This document shows positions 24,861-37,665 of a DNA stretch of 64,000 nucleotides, piece by piece. Under the pieces are notes generated by a model, which saw only the letters and a program-made list of their open reading frames with translations, was not told the DNA's origin and ran no database searches. The stretch's first letter is position 1. The number at the start of each line of letters is the position of its first letter. Made by a program: the position numbers and the translations under genes. Source of the DNA: Octopus vulgaris (taxonomy: Eukaryota); the NCBI GenBank assembly GCA_951406725.2, contig OX597816.1, positions 120,466,001 to 120,530,000 of the forward strand. Reading direction: 5' to 3'.

Positions 24861-27800
24861 GAATGATGGAGACAGTACGCAGGTATAATACATCATTTCA
24901 TTTGGAAAATAGAATAATTTCAATGAGTATTACTTTTTTGAGTATAGTCTAACACTTCGTCAGTTATTTTTACGTTTCATTTGTTATTTTTATTCCCGAT
25001 GTTTTTGGATAGATCTCGGAGCAATGTTTTATCGTTTTCGCAAATTAAACATCCCCAGTGTTTTCTCCGTTCTCACATGTTGAACATCCCCAACTATGTC
25101 AAATAATGTACAACAATCTTTTTATTTTTTTACTGCAGCTGCATACTCAGTGTTTCAGTAATGATAAAATCAAATATAATGATGAACCCGACGATAACGA
25201 CGACAGAAGCAACGATGACTTTTACTATTGTTGCTGCAGCTGCTTCTAGTGCTTCCGATATAACTCTCACAACAACTACAACTAGTTCATACTACTATTA
25301 CTACTGATAATATTAATAATGATGATGGCGATGATTTGAAATGCAGTACACATCTGATTGGTATAGAGTAACGCGAGACGGTCGTGGTCTGGTAAAGATC
25401 GGATTGATTGCGGTGTTTCCACCAACAGATAGCCAGATATTCTCTTGGTGATGCTCTTTCGAAAGTCACTCATTTCCTTTGGGAATTTAGATTTTAGGTG
25501 TAAGCTTCTGTCTTGTGTTGTTCGAATGATTTATATATGTGTAGGTATTGGGATTGTGGACGTTATAAAATCTGTTTATGTGATGTCTGTGTGTATTTTT
25601 ATGCTATTTGTGAAGTGTCTGATTTTATATTTATCACCAATTTTTGTTTGTAATGCTAGCTGTTTTTTCTTGATCAGACTCACCGTATGTCATGTCTGAC
25701 CATTTAGAACCGGGAAATGGCAGGTCATGTGTTGGAGTTGAGCGATGACTGGGGGAATCCGTTGTTGCTATGGTGGGGATTGGTGTTGCAGTGGCTGTTG
25801 TTGGATTATCTGTTGTTTCTGTTGATGTTGTAGCTCGTGTTGCTGATGACGTTGTCATTGCTTTTTGGGCTTTGGTGGATACTTTTGGTAGATCCCTTGG
25901 TGCTGGGAGCGGGTATCTTCTCTTTCTCCTTCAATGTTGGGCAGAAGGCTCTTATGTCTGTGGCTGAAAGGCATATGTTACGTTTGCCATTTCTTTCATC
26001 CACTGTAACAGGTATGATGATGTCCTTATGGATATATCTGATCTGGGATAGCATTCACATTTTTTGACTGGTTTGGATGAGGAGCTCTATCCCCATTCCC
26101 GATCAGTTCTCTTTTTTGCATCGGTAGACTTCGAGGATATTTGTTTTCCTCGATATCTATCGTGGCCGCTGCAACTAACCAAATAATGACTATCTCTGGC
26201 GGCACCCACTCGACTCAGATTCTTACTTGTCTCTAGCCATAGTACGCTGAATAAAATCATAATTAACCGATTCTCCTGTATTCCATTTTACCCAAAGTCA
26301 AGAACTTTTCAGCACCCTCTCGTATATATGTGTGCGCGTGTGTGTATGCGGGTGTATGTGTGTGAATGTGTGTGAATGTGTGTGCGTATGTGAACTAAAA
26401 TGGGCAGTTAAAATTATTGTCAGCTCACCGCTTTGGTGGTAATAACGATATTGACATTGGTGTCATTTTGTTTTATATCTTTACACCTTATCGGAAGTCA
26501 TGAGACGCGGGTAGCTAAAGTTCACAAGCGTTCATGTTGCCGCAACAATTTCAATTCACAACGTTGCTCTAGTTGATGATGAAGTTGTGCGTTTTGCGCT
26601 CCCGTAAGATCCTATCCAGTATTTTGTGTCATGGGGTTTTTAGACGGTTTCACATATATTGGTAATTTCTCCTTCATAATTCTGTTAAATCTTGATGCTG
26701 TATTCATTAGGAGTCTGTAGATCGCAGATCTTAGGCAGAATGTTTCACTCCGACACTAATCTATTTCTACGTTTTTTCGGTTTTGGTAGTATTTCCTATT
26801 TTGTGACCTTCTTCCCAAAACTCCCTTGCTGTTTTGCAAGCAACAGAAAAGTTAAGGAGTGTTTATTATTGTTGCTATTGTTTTTGTTGTAGTTGTTACT
26901 GCTTCTGATGTTGCCGTTATTGTTGATGTTGTTTATCATCTTACAGATATTACATTATTCACTTCTGCCAAATTTTCGGGTCGATCAAAGTGGCAAAGTG
27001 TTCTAATTTCATTTCGTCATTAGATGCGTTGTTTGAGGAAATCAAAGACAATGGTAACTTCAGACGAGTCTAACGTTGTTTTTAAAATTTTATTTGTCGT
27101 AGGTATTCATTGGAAACATGACTTCAGGAGAGATATGTTCAGATCAGTTTATTTTTTTCTGTTGGTTTTGTTTTTGTTGATATCATTGACGCTGACTTTG
27201 TTGTCGGTGATGATAATGCTTATTACTCTAGGTAGAAGGACTGACATTTGATGGGAGGAAATTAGTCGATCACATCAACCTCCACTGCTCAACTGGTACT
27301 TATTTCATCGACCCCGAATGGACGAAAGATAAAGTTAATCTTAGCGGAATTTGAACTCAGAATGTATATGCCGATAAGCATTTTGTACGGCACACTGATG
27401 ATTCTGTCACCTCACCGCTTTGGTAGTAATAATGATATTGACATTGGTGTCATTTTGTTTTATATCTTTATAGGAAGTCATGAGATGGTAAGTGCCAATG
27501 CAATTGTAGTTTCACAGCTTTCCAACTAATAAATACCATCAGTTTCCAGCTTGACTTTTGGAAGCACTATCAGTCCAGGACTATTTAAATGATGTTTGAC
27601 TAGTCTTGTATGTTACTTTTTCAGCAGAAGCTAGTTTTCTCATTCTACGTGTTGGTGGCTCTTACCAACCAGCTACCTTTCTTTGTGTTATTGTTGATTT
27701 CATGAATGTTGTTGATGATTTTTTTTCTTTAAACCTTTCGTTATTATGTCCGTTATTGCTGTTATTGTTGAAGATGCCGCTGTCTCTTCTTTTCGTTCCA

Positions 27801-27995
27801 TACTTCAAAAATTTCTTCGCTGGCATTCTCAAACATTTTGTTGTTGCTCTTGTGGATATAATAATTTTTTTTGCCATTTTTATTGTACTTTGAATTTTTT
27901 TCCTGCTTCCTTTGTTCTTCTTGTACTATTATTGGTTTTGTTACTACAGCGGTAGCTGCTGTTCTTGTTTAAATCTCTTTTTGTCGCAAATGTTT

Positions 27996-27996
<1 letters not shown>

Positions 27997-28058
<62 letters not shown>

Positions 28059-28097
28059 GTAATAGTAATAGTAATAATAATAATAATAATAATAATG

Positions 28098-28149
<52 letters not shown>

Positions 28150-28186
28150 TAATAATAATAATAATGATAATAATAATAATAATAAT
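27997..28186. repeat. (AAT)n microsatellite with AGT/GAT interruptions
   Basis: Seen directly. Confidence 0.98.
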
Positions 28187-29147
28187 GGTCACTCCCATCA
28201 ACTTCAACGTATGAGTGTTTGAAGGAAAGGATTAAAAAAGAATAGGATTAACAAATAAAAACTGCATCTATTTGCGATTGATGCATGAATATAATTTGAG
28301 TCAAGGTAACAACAATTACAATGATAATAATCAAAATATCAATAAAAATTTCTATTTTTATATTAGTCACAAGATCCTTAACGCCTTAACGTATAATGTA
28401 AAACATATCACTCAGCGTGGTTACAAAGAACTCTGAAGATGTACATATATAAAAGATAATAATAGAAAGTGAAGTGAAGTGGAATACCAGATGGAGGATA
28501 AGTTACATCTTTGGTAAACAAATAAAGACACCCACCTAAAGGCAAAACAGCCGTTCCTAAAAATATTTTTGTTTATATTGTCGTGTGGTTCATCTGTATG
28601 GGAATATCATCACCGCAGTCGCCGTCGTTGTTGCAGTTGTTAACTTAGTAAAGATTTCTCACTCGTTTTGTGCCCGTATTAATAATGGTCATAGAATAAC
28701 TGTCTTATTTTCTTTTATTGAGTTATGCATATTTGTGCATTTAATATAGTTATTTTATTCTTTTTCTGATTACTCCTAGTTTTTAAGGATTTTCCATATG
28801 TTGTTGAAGTAGGCGCCATTGTTATTCTGCGTATGTCAACAAGATCTGGGAAATAAATGTTTACAAAAAGGTAACATAACAAAACCTTCTTTGATATGGA
28901 AAATGCCACAGTGGGCTTTCCAAGTAAAGTTTGCTGAGATATAACTAGAAAAATAACAAATTTTATTGAGTAATGAATAATCCAAAATCTTGAAACCCGT
29001 TAAAAGAAGTATTGCCAAGGGAAGAACCAAGAAAGACGATAGATTACTAATGTGGTTTTCACACAGAGTTTATTATTCCAGTTTTCACAATATTCCTTCT
29101 TTCATGCTTCAATAGGTTCAACATCCACTTCCTTATTTGAATTCCAT

Positions 29148-29193
<46 letters not shown>

Positions 29194-30599
29194 CCACTCA
29201 GGCATTTTGTGCTTGAGCTCATTGTTATTTGGGTTCTTGTTTGCCAGCCTTTACTCACATCTATTTCCACTCCTTTAACTTGCAATGACATAGTGTAGCT
29301 TCTTGATGAAATAGGAGAGCACTAGGCTTCTGATTACTTTACCTGATTGCCGGCTTCTGACGCTGAAGGCGAGGCTATTTCTTCTAATCTTGGAATTGTG
29401 ACAGATGGTAGTTATTAAACTGCCGCTGCTGTTTCCTTGGGGCCTTGCCACCTTTCGTGTTGGTTACCACTCTTTTCCAACTTTTGCTATTCTGGTCCAA
29501 TAGCCCTCAAGTAGATTTCTTCTCAGAATTGCTGAATGGAAGACAGCACTTGTCCTTATTGATCAGAGTGATCTAGATTGTGTTGGGTTAGTATAATTAG
29601 CTCACAGTTTCCTTACTGGTGACTTTTATTTGTTGTTTTCTCGTTATTTGTTACACTTTACACGATTTTATGTTAGCTTCGCTGTATTGTACCCTTTCCT
29701 TTGTATTCTTCTCATAGTCTTTAATCCTTTGTATTGAGAACCTTAGTGCAGCGGAATAAATGCTTCATGGTGTTTCCTCTGGCTTTTTATGTTCTGAGTT
29801 CAAATCTCGCTAAGATGAACCCTGTTTCTCAATCCTCCAGATTCAATAATATAAAGTGCCAGTGATGTACTAGGGTTGATGGCAGCGATTAATACTCTCT
29901 CCTCAACATCTACCAGCCTCATGTCAAAATTAGTAACCGTTATTAGAATTATTATTTCAGTATCAACAAAAAAATCACAGGTTCTTCCCGAGCCATAGGC
30001 TCATAAAGCCGGTTCTCCTGATTTTGTGATGTACAAAATATCTTTTGGATTGCTTATTTTTTGTCAGCTCAATGGAGAGCAACAACGTGAAATGAAGTGT
30101 TTTTCAAGAACATAAAGCATCACCCTGTCTAGGAATCGAATCCATTATCATACGATCATGGCTGCCACGTTTCTCCACATTACTTCTGTGTATTTATTTT
30201 TATTGCATACTTTTATTGCATACTTTTATTGCATACTTTTATTGCTACACAATGAGCGCAGCTGTAAACTTTGTTTATGCGCATGTCCTTTGTTTTGTTT
30301 CTGTATTTTCCATTATATTGAAAATATTCTATGTGTTTACAGTTGTGCTATTTTCTGTATGTTGTGTTACATACGGTGCTTTTGTTATGTATTCGTCTGC
30401 GTCTTCTAACAATTCCCTAGGCGTTTATTATTATGTAGATTGTTTCTGTTTTCTATTTCATATTCTCGGTCATTCTCTTCCTTGGTCTTTATATCTAAAG
30501 AGTTTCTTAATTTTTCTTAGCGATACATTGCCAGCTTCTCGGATGACATCATTATCATCATCATCATCATCATCAAAAGAACAATAACAACATCAACAA

Positions 30600-31050
30600 T
30601 GGTTTCAAATGTTTGCACAAGGCCAGCAAGTCTGGATGAGGTGGGGTAAATTTAATGCATCAACGCCAGTGTTCAACTGACACTTGTTTTATCAACCTCG
30701 AAATGATGAAAAGCAAAGTCAACCTCGGCGGAATTTGAACTCAGGACGTAAAGGCGGGCGAAATAAATCTAAGCAGTTTACCTGGTGTGCTAACGATTCT
30801 GCCAGCTCGCCGTCTTACTTACAAGGACAACAATGATAGTTTAGAATATTTACACTAGGCCAGCAAGTTCGTGGGGGAGGTAAGTCAATTACATCGACTC
30901 CAGTGCTTAACTGCTATTTATTTTAATGACCCCGAAAGGATAAAGGCAAAGTCGACCTCCGCGGAATTTGAACACACAATGTAAAAACGGACGAAATGTC
31001 ACTAAACATTTTGCCCGGGTTGCTAAAGATTCTGCCAGCACACTGCCTTA
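30600..31050 (-). mobile_element. Two tandem family-1 SINEs
   Basis: Reverse complement of the family core (GAAAGGAT.AAAGGCAAAGTCGACCTC.GCGGAATTTGAAC) twice. Confidence 0.8.
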
Positions 31051-31151
31051 ATAATAATAATGAGGATGATGGTGATGATAATAACAACAACAACAACAAC
31101 ACCACCACCACCACCACCACCACCACCACCACAACAACAACAACAACAACA

Positions 31152-31194
<43 letters not shown>

Positions 31195-31196
<2 letters not shown>

Positions 31197-31740
31197 TTGT
31201 AGGGAAATAGTAATAATGGTACACCCCTCCCACGTGATGTCTCAGTCACTATAAATAAGGTGACGTCAACTGGTATCAAGAGAGTATGTAGAGTACCAGA
31301 GTACGTGTAGACTGTGTTGATAGTTGTGTCTGTGCTGATATAGTAATTATATTGTGATCCTGATTGGACGTTATGACGAACCGATGTTTTGAAGATAACA
31401 CTGTACGGCCGGGGGTCGTATAGTGCGAGATAGAAACATCCTATCGACGACATAGGAATATAACAATATCTGTCAGAGCGACAACCGTCGTACGAAGACA
31501 GATACAACAGTGGCAAAAGACCGCTTTATAAGAGTGGTGACGAGGATTAATGAATTCACGTGGAGCTAATAGAAACTCATAGAGGAGTAAACAAACTCAC
31601 AAATTTTACGATAAATCGTAAAATTATGGAAGATTTGTTACCCGGTTTGCTTGAGTTACAAAACATCAACAACAACAGTTGAAAGAACAACAACAATAGC
31701 AGAAATAACTGCAAGAGCAACAAGAGAAGCAACAATAACA
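31195..31740 (+). mobile_element. Gypsy (Mag-like) LTR retrotransposon 5' end: LTR, PBS and gag start
   Basis: TGTTGTA (31195)...TACAACA (31509) inverted termini, TATAAATA at 31250. PBS TGGTGACGAGGAT (31535-31547) is complementary, with one mismatch, to the tRNA-Ser(GCU) 3' end. ATG at 31626 gives MEDLLPGLLELQ followed by a Q-rich stretch. Confidence 0.75.
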
Positions 31741-31754
31741 GTTAATATTACAGC

Positions 31755-32300
31755 CATGACATGACAATGTGGCGAGAATATATCACGGCCTAGAAAGAGC
31801 AAAGACGTGGTATGAGCAAACCCCAGGAGTCACCGAGAATGAAAAATTGCAAAATCCTGTGGGATGCAATGATACAGTGCGATCACTTGACTAGTCATTG
31901 GAAACCGGACATTGTTGTGGTGAATAAAAAGAAAGAATATGCATTATAATCGACATAGCATGTCAACGGAGACAACAAAATCAAAGATGAAAAACTGAAC
32001 CACTACGATGATTTGAAGTAGGGAAATAAGAAGGTTGTGGTCAATGAGGAGAGTATACGTGATGCCAATAGTAATTGGTGCATTTGAAAGTATCAGCACT
32101 CAACTATCAACTTAGCTCAAAAAGATTGGTGTAAGTGTGGAGGTAGAACACCTTGGAAAATCAGCATTGCTTGGAACTGAAAGAAATCTTTGTAGGGTTC
32201 TTGAAGCATGACCAGTAAACAAGTGTCACCTTAGTCTACTGGCTGTGGACAGCTGACACTTTCCATCATACCCAGCAAAATAAGCTGAGAGTTTTCATCA
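31755..32300 (+). mobile_element. Dong-type LINE 3' fragment (family C)
   Basis: RHDNVA..WYEQTP..KILWD..KPDIVV..IIDIAC..PIVIGA..EHL.KSALLGT, ending at AAT/(GAT)n. Confidence 0.8.
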
Positions 32301-32304
32301 AATA

Positions 32305-32378
<74 letters not shown>

Positions 32379-32420
32379 AATAATGATAATAATAATAATG
32401 ATAATAATAATAATAATAAT

Positions 32421-33696
32421 ACTCAAGACAGAGCTGAATGCAAGAAACAGGATCGAAGCGATCAATGCATTAGCTATACCAGTCGTGACTTACAGTTTCA
32501 ATATTGTTAACTGGTCAATTACTGAGATATGTCAGCTCGACAGAAAAATAAGGAAACTGTTGACAATGCATAGAATGCACCACCCTAAGGCAGATACAGA
32601 ACGACTCTATATGCCAAGAAAAGAGGGAGGCCGTGGTCTTTTACAACTGGCAATAACAATGAAGATTGCTACAATTGGCCTAGATACCTACCTGAAAAAC
32701 TCTGAGGACTGGATGTTAAAACTTGTCTCAAAACATGAAAACAAGTAAGCATCATACTCAGTCACAAAACAGGCAAAGGAATATCTAAGTGAATTCCGAA
32801 TACAACCAATTTCGGAATTAGAGATAGACATACAAGAAACAAGCACAGAAAAAGCTAAGTGCATGAAAACCCGTGCCAAAACTGCGGCCTTAGTTATTCT
32901 GAATAATAAATGGCAAGAAAAACCTCTCTATGGCAAATACCCAAAGAGAGCGAATAATGCAGATATTGACAAAGCCCTGACCCATCAATGGCTAATGGCC
33001 TCTGGCTTAAAATCTGAAACAAAGGGGTTTATCATAGCAGCTCAAGATCAATGCCTACCAACAAGAAACTACCAGGCCAACATATTAAAGATCAGAAGCA
33101 GTCCAACGTGTCGTGTATGCCAGCAACAAAATGAAACCATTGACCATGTGGTCTCCAAGTGCAGTCTTCTAGCGCCTACAGAGTATCTCAACAGACACGA
33201 TAGAGTTGCACAATATATTCACCGGGTAATCTGCAAAAACCTGGATTTTCCCCATGAAAAAAACTGGTGGGAACACAAACCACCCCCAGTGCTTGAAAAT
33301 GACCACATCTCACTCCTCTGGAACTTCACTATTCAAACTGACAGAAAGATAGATGCAAATAGGCCAGACATCATATTGAAAGACTTCAAACAAAGAACAT
33401 GCCTCCTCATTGATATGACTGTCCCAATCTATATAAACGTATCTGTCAAGACCTACCAAAAACTGAGCAAATATAAAGATCTTGAAATAGAAATCAGCAA
33501 AATGTGGAAGCTGAAGACTAAAACAATACCTGTTGTCATAGGTGCCCTGGGAATGATAGCAAAAGGGACTGATAGCTACCTAACTCAGATACCAGGAAAC
33601 CCAAAAATGGCAGAAATTCAAAAGATAGTGCTCATGGGAACTGCTCATATCCTACGCAAAATACTTTCTATGTAATCCCAAGGTTTAAAACAAACT

Positions 33697-33729
<33 letters not shown>

Positions 33730-33864
33730 ATTTTATTTTGTTTTTTTTTTAATTTTATTTTTATGTATTAGACATTCACTAGTACTTCCAACCTGTTGTC
33801 TCTTGAGGTCTCTGGGTGAGACTTGGAGCCAACTTGTACAGACATAAAGCAAAAGTCAAACATA

Positions 33865-33865
<1 letters not shown>
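32421..33865 (+). mobile_element. Dong-type LINE, 5'-truncated (family B): thumb, CCHC and RLE
   Basis: ORFs 32305/32863: MHHPKADTERLYMPRKEGGRGL, CRVC..ETIDHVV..C..EYLNRHD, LLWNF..TDRK..NRPDII..LIDM..KYKDL..PVVIGALG. One in-frame stop. Flanked by AAT/GAT arrays. Confidence 0.95.
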
Positions 33866-33936
<71 letters not shown>

Positions 33937-33959
33937 TGATAATAATAATAATAATGATG

Positions 33960-34014
<55 letters not shown>

Positions 34015-34016
34015 TG

Positions 34017-34095
<79 letters not shown>

Positions 34096-34103
34096 TGATG
34101 ATG

Positions 34104-34170
<67 letters not shown>

Positions 34171-34196
34171 TGATGATAATAATAATAATAATGATG

Positions 34197-34251
<55 letters not shown>

Positions 34252-34253
34252 TG

Positions 34254-34338
<85 letters not shown>

Positions 34339-34346
34339 TGATGATG

Positions 34347-34407
<61 letters not shown>
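33866..34407. repeat. Compound (AAT)n/(GAT)n array with a higher-order duplication
   Basis: About 540 bp between two Dong copies. The GAT-interruption pattern occurs twice. Confidence 0.95.
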
Positions 34408-36866
34408 GAGAGAAATATGGTCGGCGAACGAACAGCCAAAAAAAGGAGTATCAAAATAACAAACTCGGCATCTGAACAACTTTGGACCCCCATAACAACT
34501 GAAGAGGTCACCCAGGCACTGCAAAAACTAAGCAACTGGAAGGCACCTGGGCATGACAAGATCCCCAACTTCTGGTTGAAATATCTAACAGGAATGCACA
34601 AAAAGCTGGCTGAAAACTTTAACAGCATACTAGCAGAGCCAGAGAAAATGCCTGAATGGCTCACGAAGGGGAAAACCATCTTAATTCCCAAATCAAATGA
34701 AACAGCAAAACCAGAAAACTACAGACCAATAACCTGCCTCCCTACTATGTTCAAGGCATTTACTGCAGTGATATCGCAAAGGCTGAACAAGCACCTGGAC
34801 GAAAACAAACTGCTCCCAGAAGAGCAGAAAGGATGCCGCAAAGGCTCATATGGCTGTAAAGATCAACTAATGATTAATAAAGCCGTAACTGAAGACAGCC
34901 ACAGAAAGAAGAAAGGCCTCAGTATGGCCTGGATTGACTACAAAAAGGCGTTTGATAGCATCCCCCACACATGGATCCTTGAAACACTAGCCATTAACAA
35001 AGTAGCACCAACAATCATAAAATTCATAGAGCACTCTATGAATAAATGGCAAACAGTCCTACATCTCCAAACAAAAGAGGGACTCATGAAAACCAAAGAC
35101 ATCCCCATCAGAAGAGGAATATTCCAGGGAGACACGCTCTCTCCACTCCTTTTCTGCTTGGCACTGTCACCTCTATCTGATATGCTAAATAGAACTGGAT
35201 GCGGATATAAATGTTACGGCAAAACGATCAGCCACCTTTTATATATGGATGACCTAAAACTATACGCTGCAAATGACAAACAGCTGGAAACACTATTAAA
35301 GACAGTTCATGGATTTACCAAAGAAATAGATATGAAATTTGGATTAGAAAAATGCGCCAAAGTAACCATGAAAAGAGGAAAACTAGTTAAAAGTAACAAC
35401 ATCACACTAGATAAAACCAATGAAATAAAAGAATTAGACCAAAGCCAAACTTACAAATACTTAGGAATCCATGAACTAGATAAGACACAACACACACAAA
35501 TGAAAGAGAAAATAAAAAAAGAATATTATAGACGAGTTAGATCAATACTAAAAACAGAGCTCAATGTTAAAAACAAGATAATAGGTATCAACACTTTAGC
35601 TGTCCCAGTTATAAGTTACAGCTACAATATCCTTAACTGGACACGAAATGAACTGTCCAAAATAGATAGGAAAACAAGAAAAATACTGACAGGATCTAGG
35701 ATGCATCACCCAAAATCTGACATAGAAAGACTATATATACAACGTATAGAAGGTGGTAGAGGCCTTATACAGCTGGAAAACTACTATAAAATAACCACCA
35801 TAGGACTGCAAAAATACCTACTTCAGAAGGAAGGAAAACTGATCCAGATAGCAGCAAAACACGAGCAAAACAAAAAACTGTTCTCAGTATTTAAGGAAGC
35901 TGACAAATACAAACAAGAAATCATACCACCTAATAAACACGAAGAAGAAGAAGAAGAAGATGATGAAGAAACAACAAAAGCTATAAAACAAATGAAATCC
36001 AAACTAAAAATAGAACAGCAACGAACCATGATAAAACGATGGCAAGAAAAGCCCCTTCATGGTAAATACTGCACTAAACTAAACGCAAAAGAAATAGACA
36101 ATAGAAATAGACAATAGAGGGATTTTTAATTGCAGCACAAGACCAAAGCCTCCCCACCAGAAATTACCAAAAACATGTAATGAAAAGAAATATTACAAGT
36201 AACTGCAGAATATGTGGAGATGGACCAGAAACAATAAATCATATTATCTCTAGCTGCCCAGTCCTGGCTAAGAAGGAATATATTCACAGACATGACAGAG
36301 TTGGAACCTACATACACTGGAAGCTATGCCAACATTATGGAATAACAACAGAAAAAAGATGGTATAGGCACACACCAGAAAAGGTTACAGAAAACGAGAA
36401 AGCAACAATACTCTGGGATATGCCGATACACACAGATAGAGAAATTAAGGCCAACAGACCAGATATAGTTGTCAGAGATCATGAAGAAAAAAATGCTTTC
36501 TAATTGATGTATCAATACCGGCAGATGACAACGTGTCTCTAAAAGAAATGGAGAAACTCTCAAAATACAAAGACCTGGAAATAGAGGTAACTAGAATGTG
36601 GAATCTAAAAACAGAAACAATTCCTATCATAGTAGGTGCATTAGGCATGATAAAAAAATATTCAGACAAATACATAACAAAAACACCAGGACTTACAAAC
36701 ACATATATCATACAGAAAATTGCACTACTAGGCACTGCACACATCCTACGCAGAGCACTTTCCATACAATAACCATCAGAGTATCACAACAAATCACAGC
36801 ACATACCCAAGGCGCACAGAGCTGCGCTCGGTAGTGAAGTGAAAGCACGCTATAAAAATAAAACTA

Positions 36867-36869
<3 letters not shown>
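34408..36869 (+). mobile_element. Dong/R4-type RLE LINE (family A), young and 5'-truncated
   Basis: Full RT plus CCHC plus RLE, and a 3' UTR ending AAACTACTG followed by (AAT)n. Confidence 0.97.
34417..36117 (+). CDS. Non-LTR reverse transcriptase open frame (566 aa, N-truncated). Frameshifts continue into CCHC/RLE to 36772
   Basis: NWKAPGHD, NYRPITCL, EQKGCR..GCKDQL, WIDYKKAFDS, GIFQGDTLSP, YMDDLKL, YKYLG motifs. Confidence 0.9.
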   Translation: MVGERTAKKRSIKITNSASEQLWTPITTEEVTQALQKLSNWKAPGHDKIPNFWLKYLTGMHKKLAENFNSILAEPEKMPEWLTKGKTILIPKSNETAKPENYRPITCLPTMFKAFTAVISQRLNKHLDENKLLPEEQKGCRKGSYGCKDQLMINKAVTEDSHRKKKGLSMAWIDYKKAFDSIPHTWILETLAINKVAPTIIKFIEHSMNKWQTVLHLQTKEGLMKTKDIPIRRGIFQGDTLSPLLFCLALSPLSDMLNRTGCGYKCYGKTISHLLYMDDLKLYAANDKQLETLLKTVHGFTKEIDMKFGLEKCAKVTMKRGKLVKSNNITLDKTNEIKELDQSQTYKYLGIHELDKTQHTQMKEKIKKEYYRRVRSILKTELNVKNKIIGINTLAVPVISYSYNILNWTRNELSKIDRKTRKILTGSRMHHPKSDIERLYIQRIEGGRGLIQLENYYKITTIGLQKYLLQKEGKLIQIAAKHEQNKKLFSVFKEADKYKQEIIPPNKHEEEEEEDDEETTKAIKQMKSKLKIEQQRTMIKRWQEKPLHGKYCTKLNAKEIDNRNRQ

Positions 36870-36950
<81 letters not shown>

Positions 36951-37087
36951 CCTTTCTAGTATAGACACAAAGCTTGACATTTTGGGGGAGGCATTAGCCG
37001 ATTACATCAACCCCAGTGTTTAACTGGTACTTATTCTATTGAAGGATGTAATGCAAAGTCGACCACAGCAGAACGTAAAGACATGTT

Positions 37088-37665
37088 ACGCCATGTTACG
37101 CTCATATGGTTGTGATGCATTTGCCTGGCGTACTCTTATGGGGCAGATAGTCATGATGAGTTTATTGGGATTCAACTATTTGTACTCCAGTGTCACTTTG
37201 ATGACATGCTTTTCTCTCTCACCTGATGCAGTACAAGGCTGTGACTCTCATGACTTCTGATCTTAACTGATTGGAAGTGTTATTATGCACATGTTTTGTC
37301 TTGATATAAAAGGTGTACTACAGTGAATATTCTGCTCACTATCACAGGTTTGCTTATCAGTTGTTTGACTTTAACCAGTTGAGCATGTCTCGTAGTGATA
37401 TCTGATTACAAGCAGGGGTAGTGAAGGAAGACCAGAGGAATTCTTTGGGGTTTGAATAAATCAACCACTAGAACCATGGTTGTTTCAGTCAACATCCTTA
37501 ATCAGACCTTATTGAGGAACCTTTTGAGCAGAATGGGCTACTCGACTTGAAGAAAATTCTAACTGGGCCCCACCTGCAAGGTCATGCGTTGTATATCTTG
37601 ATATGAGATCACCATGTCATACACATATGGCTGTGATGCATATACCTGGAGTACCCTTATCAGAC
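37088..37665 (+). repeat. Unclassified interspersed repeat, tandem partial copies, lying between two minus-strand family-1 SINEs
   Basis: Diverged direct repeat CCATGT..C.CATATGG.TGTGATGCAT...CCTGG.GTAC.CTTAT at ~37090 and ~37611. Confidence 0.5.

Noticed and set aside
26065-26110. Minus-strand hammerhead-like CTGATCG-stem-AAACCAGTC
   Set aside because: The core has multiple substitutions and no stem I, so it is only a stem-loop.
33768-34691. Long poly-Y/I/L ORFs (and similar YI/HT/CV/N/D ORFs throughout the window)
   Set aside because: These are stop-free readings of microsatellites, not genes.
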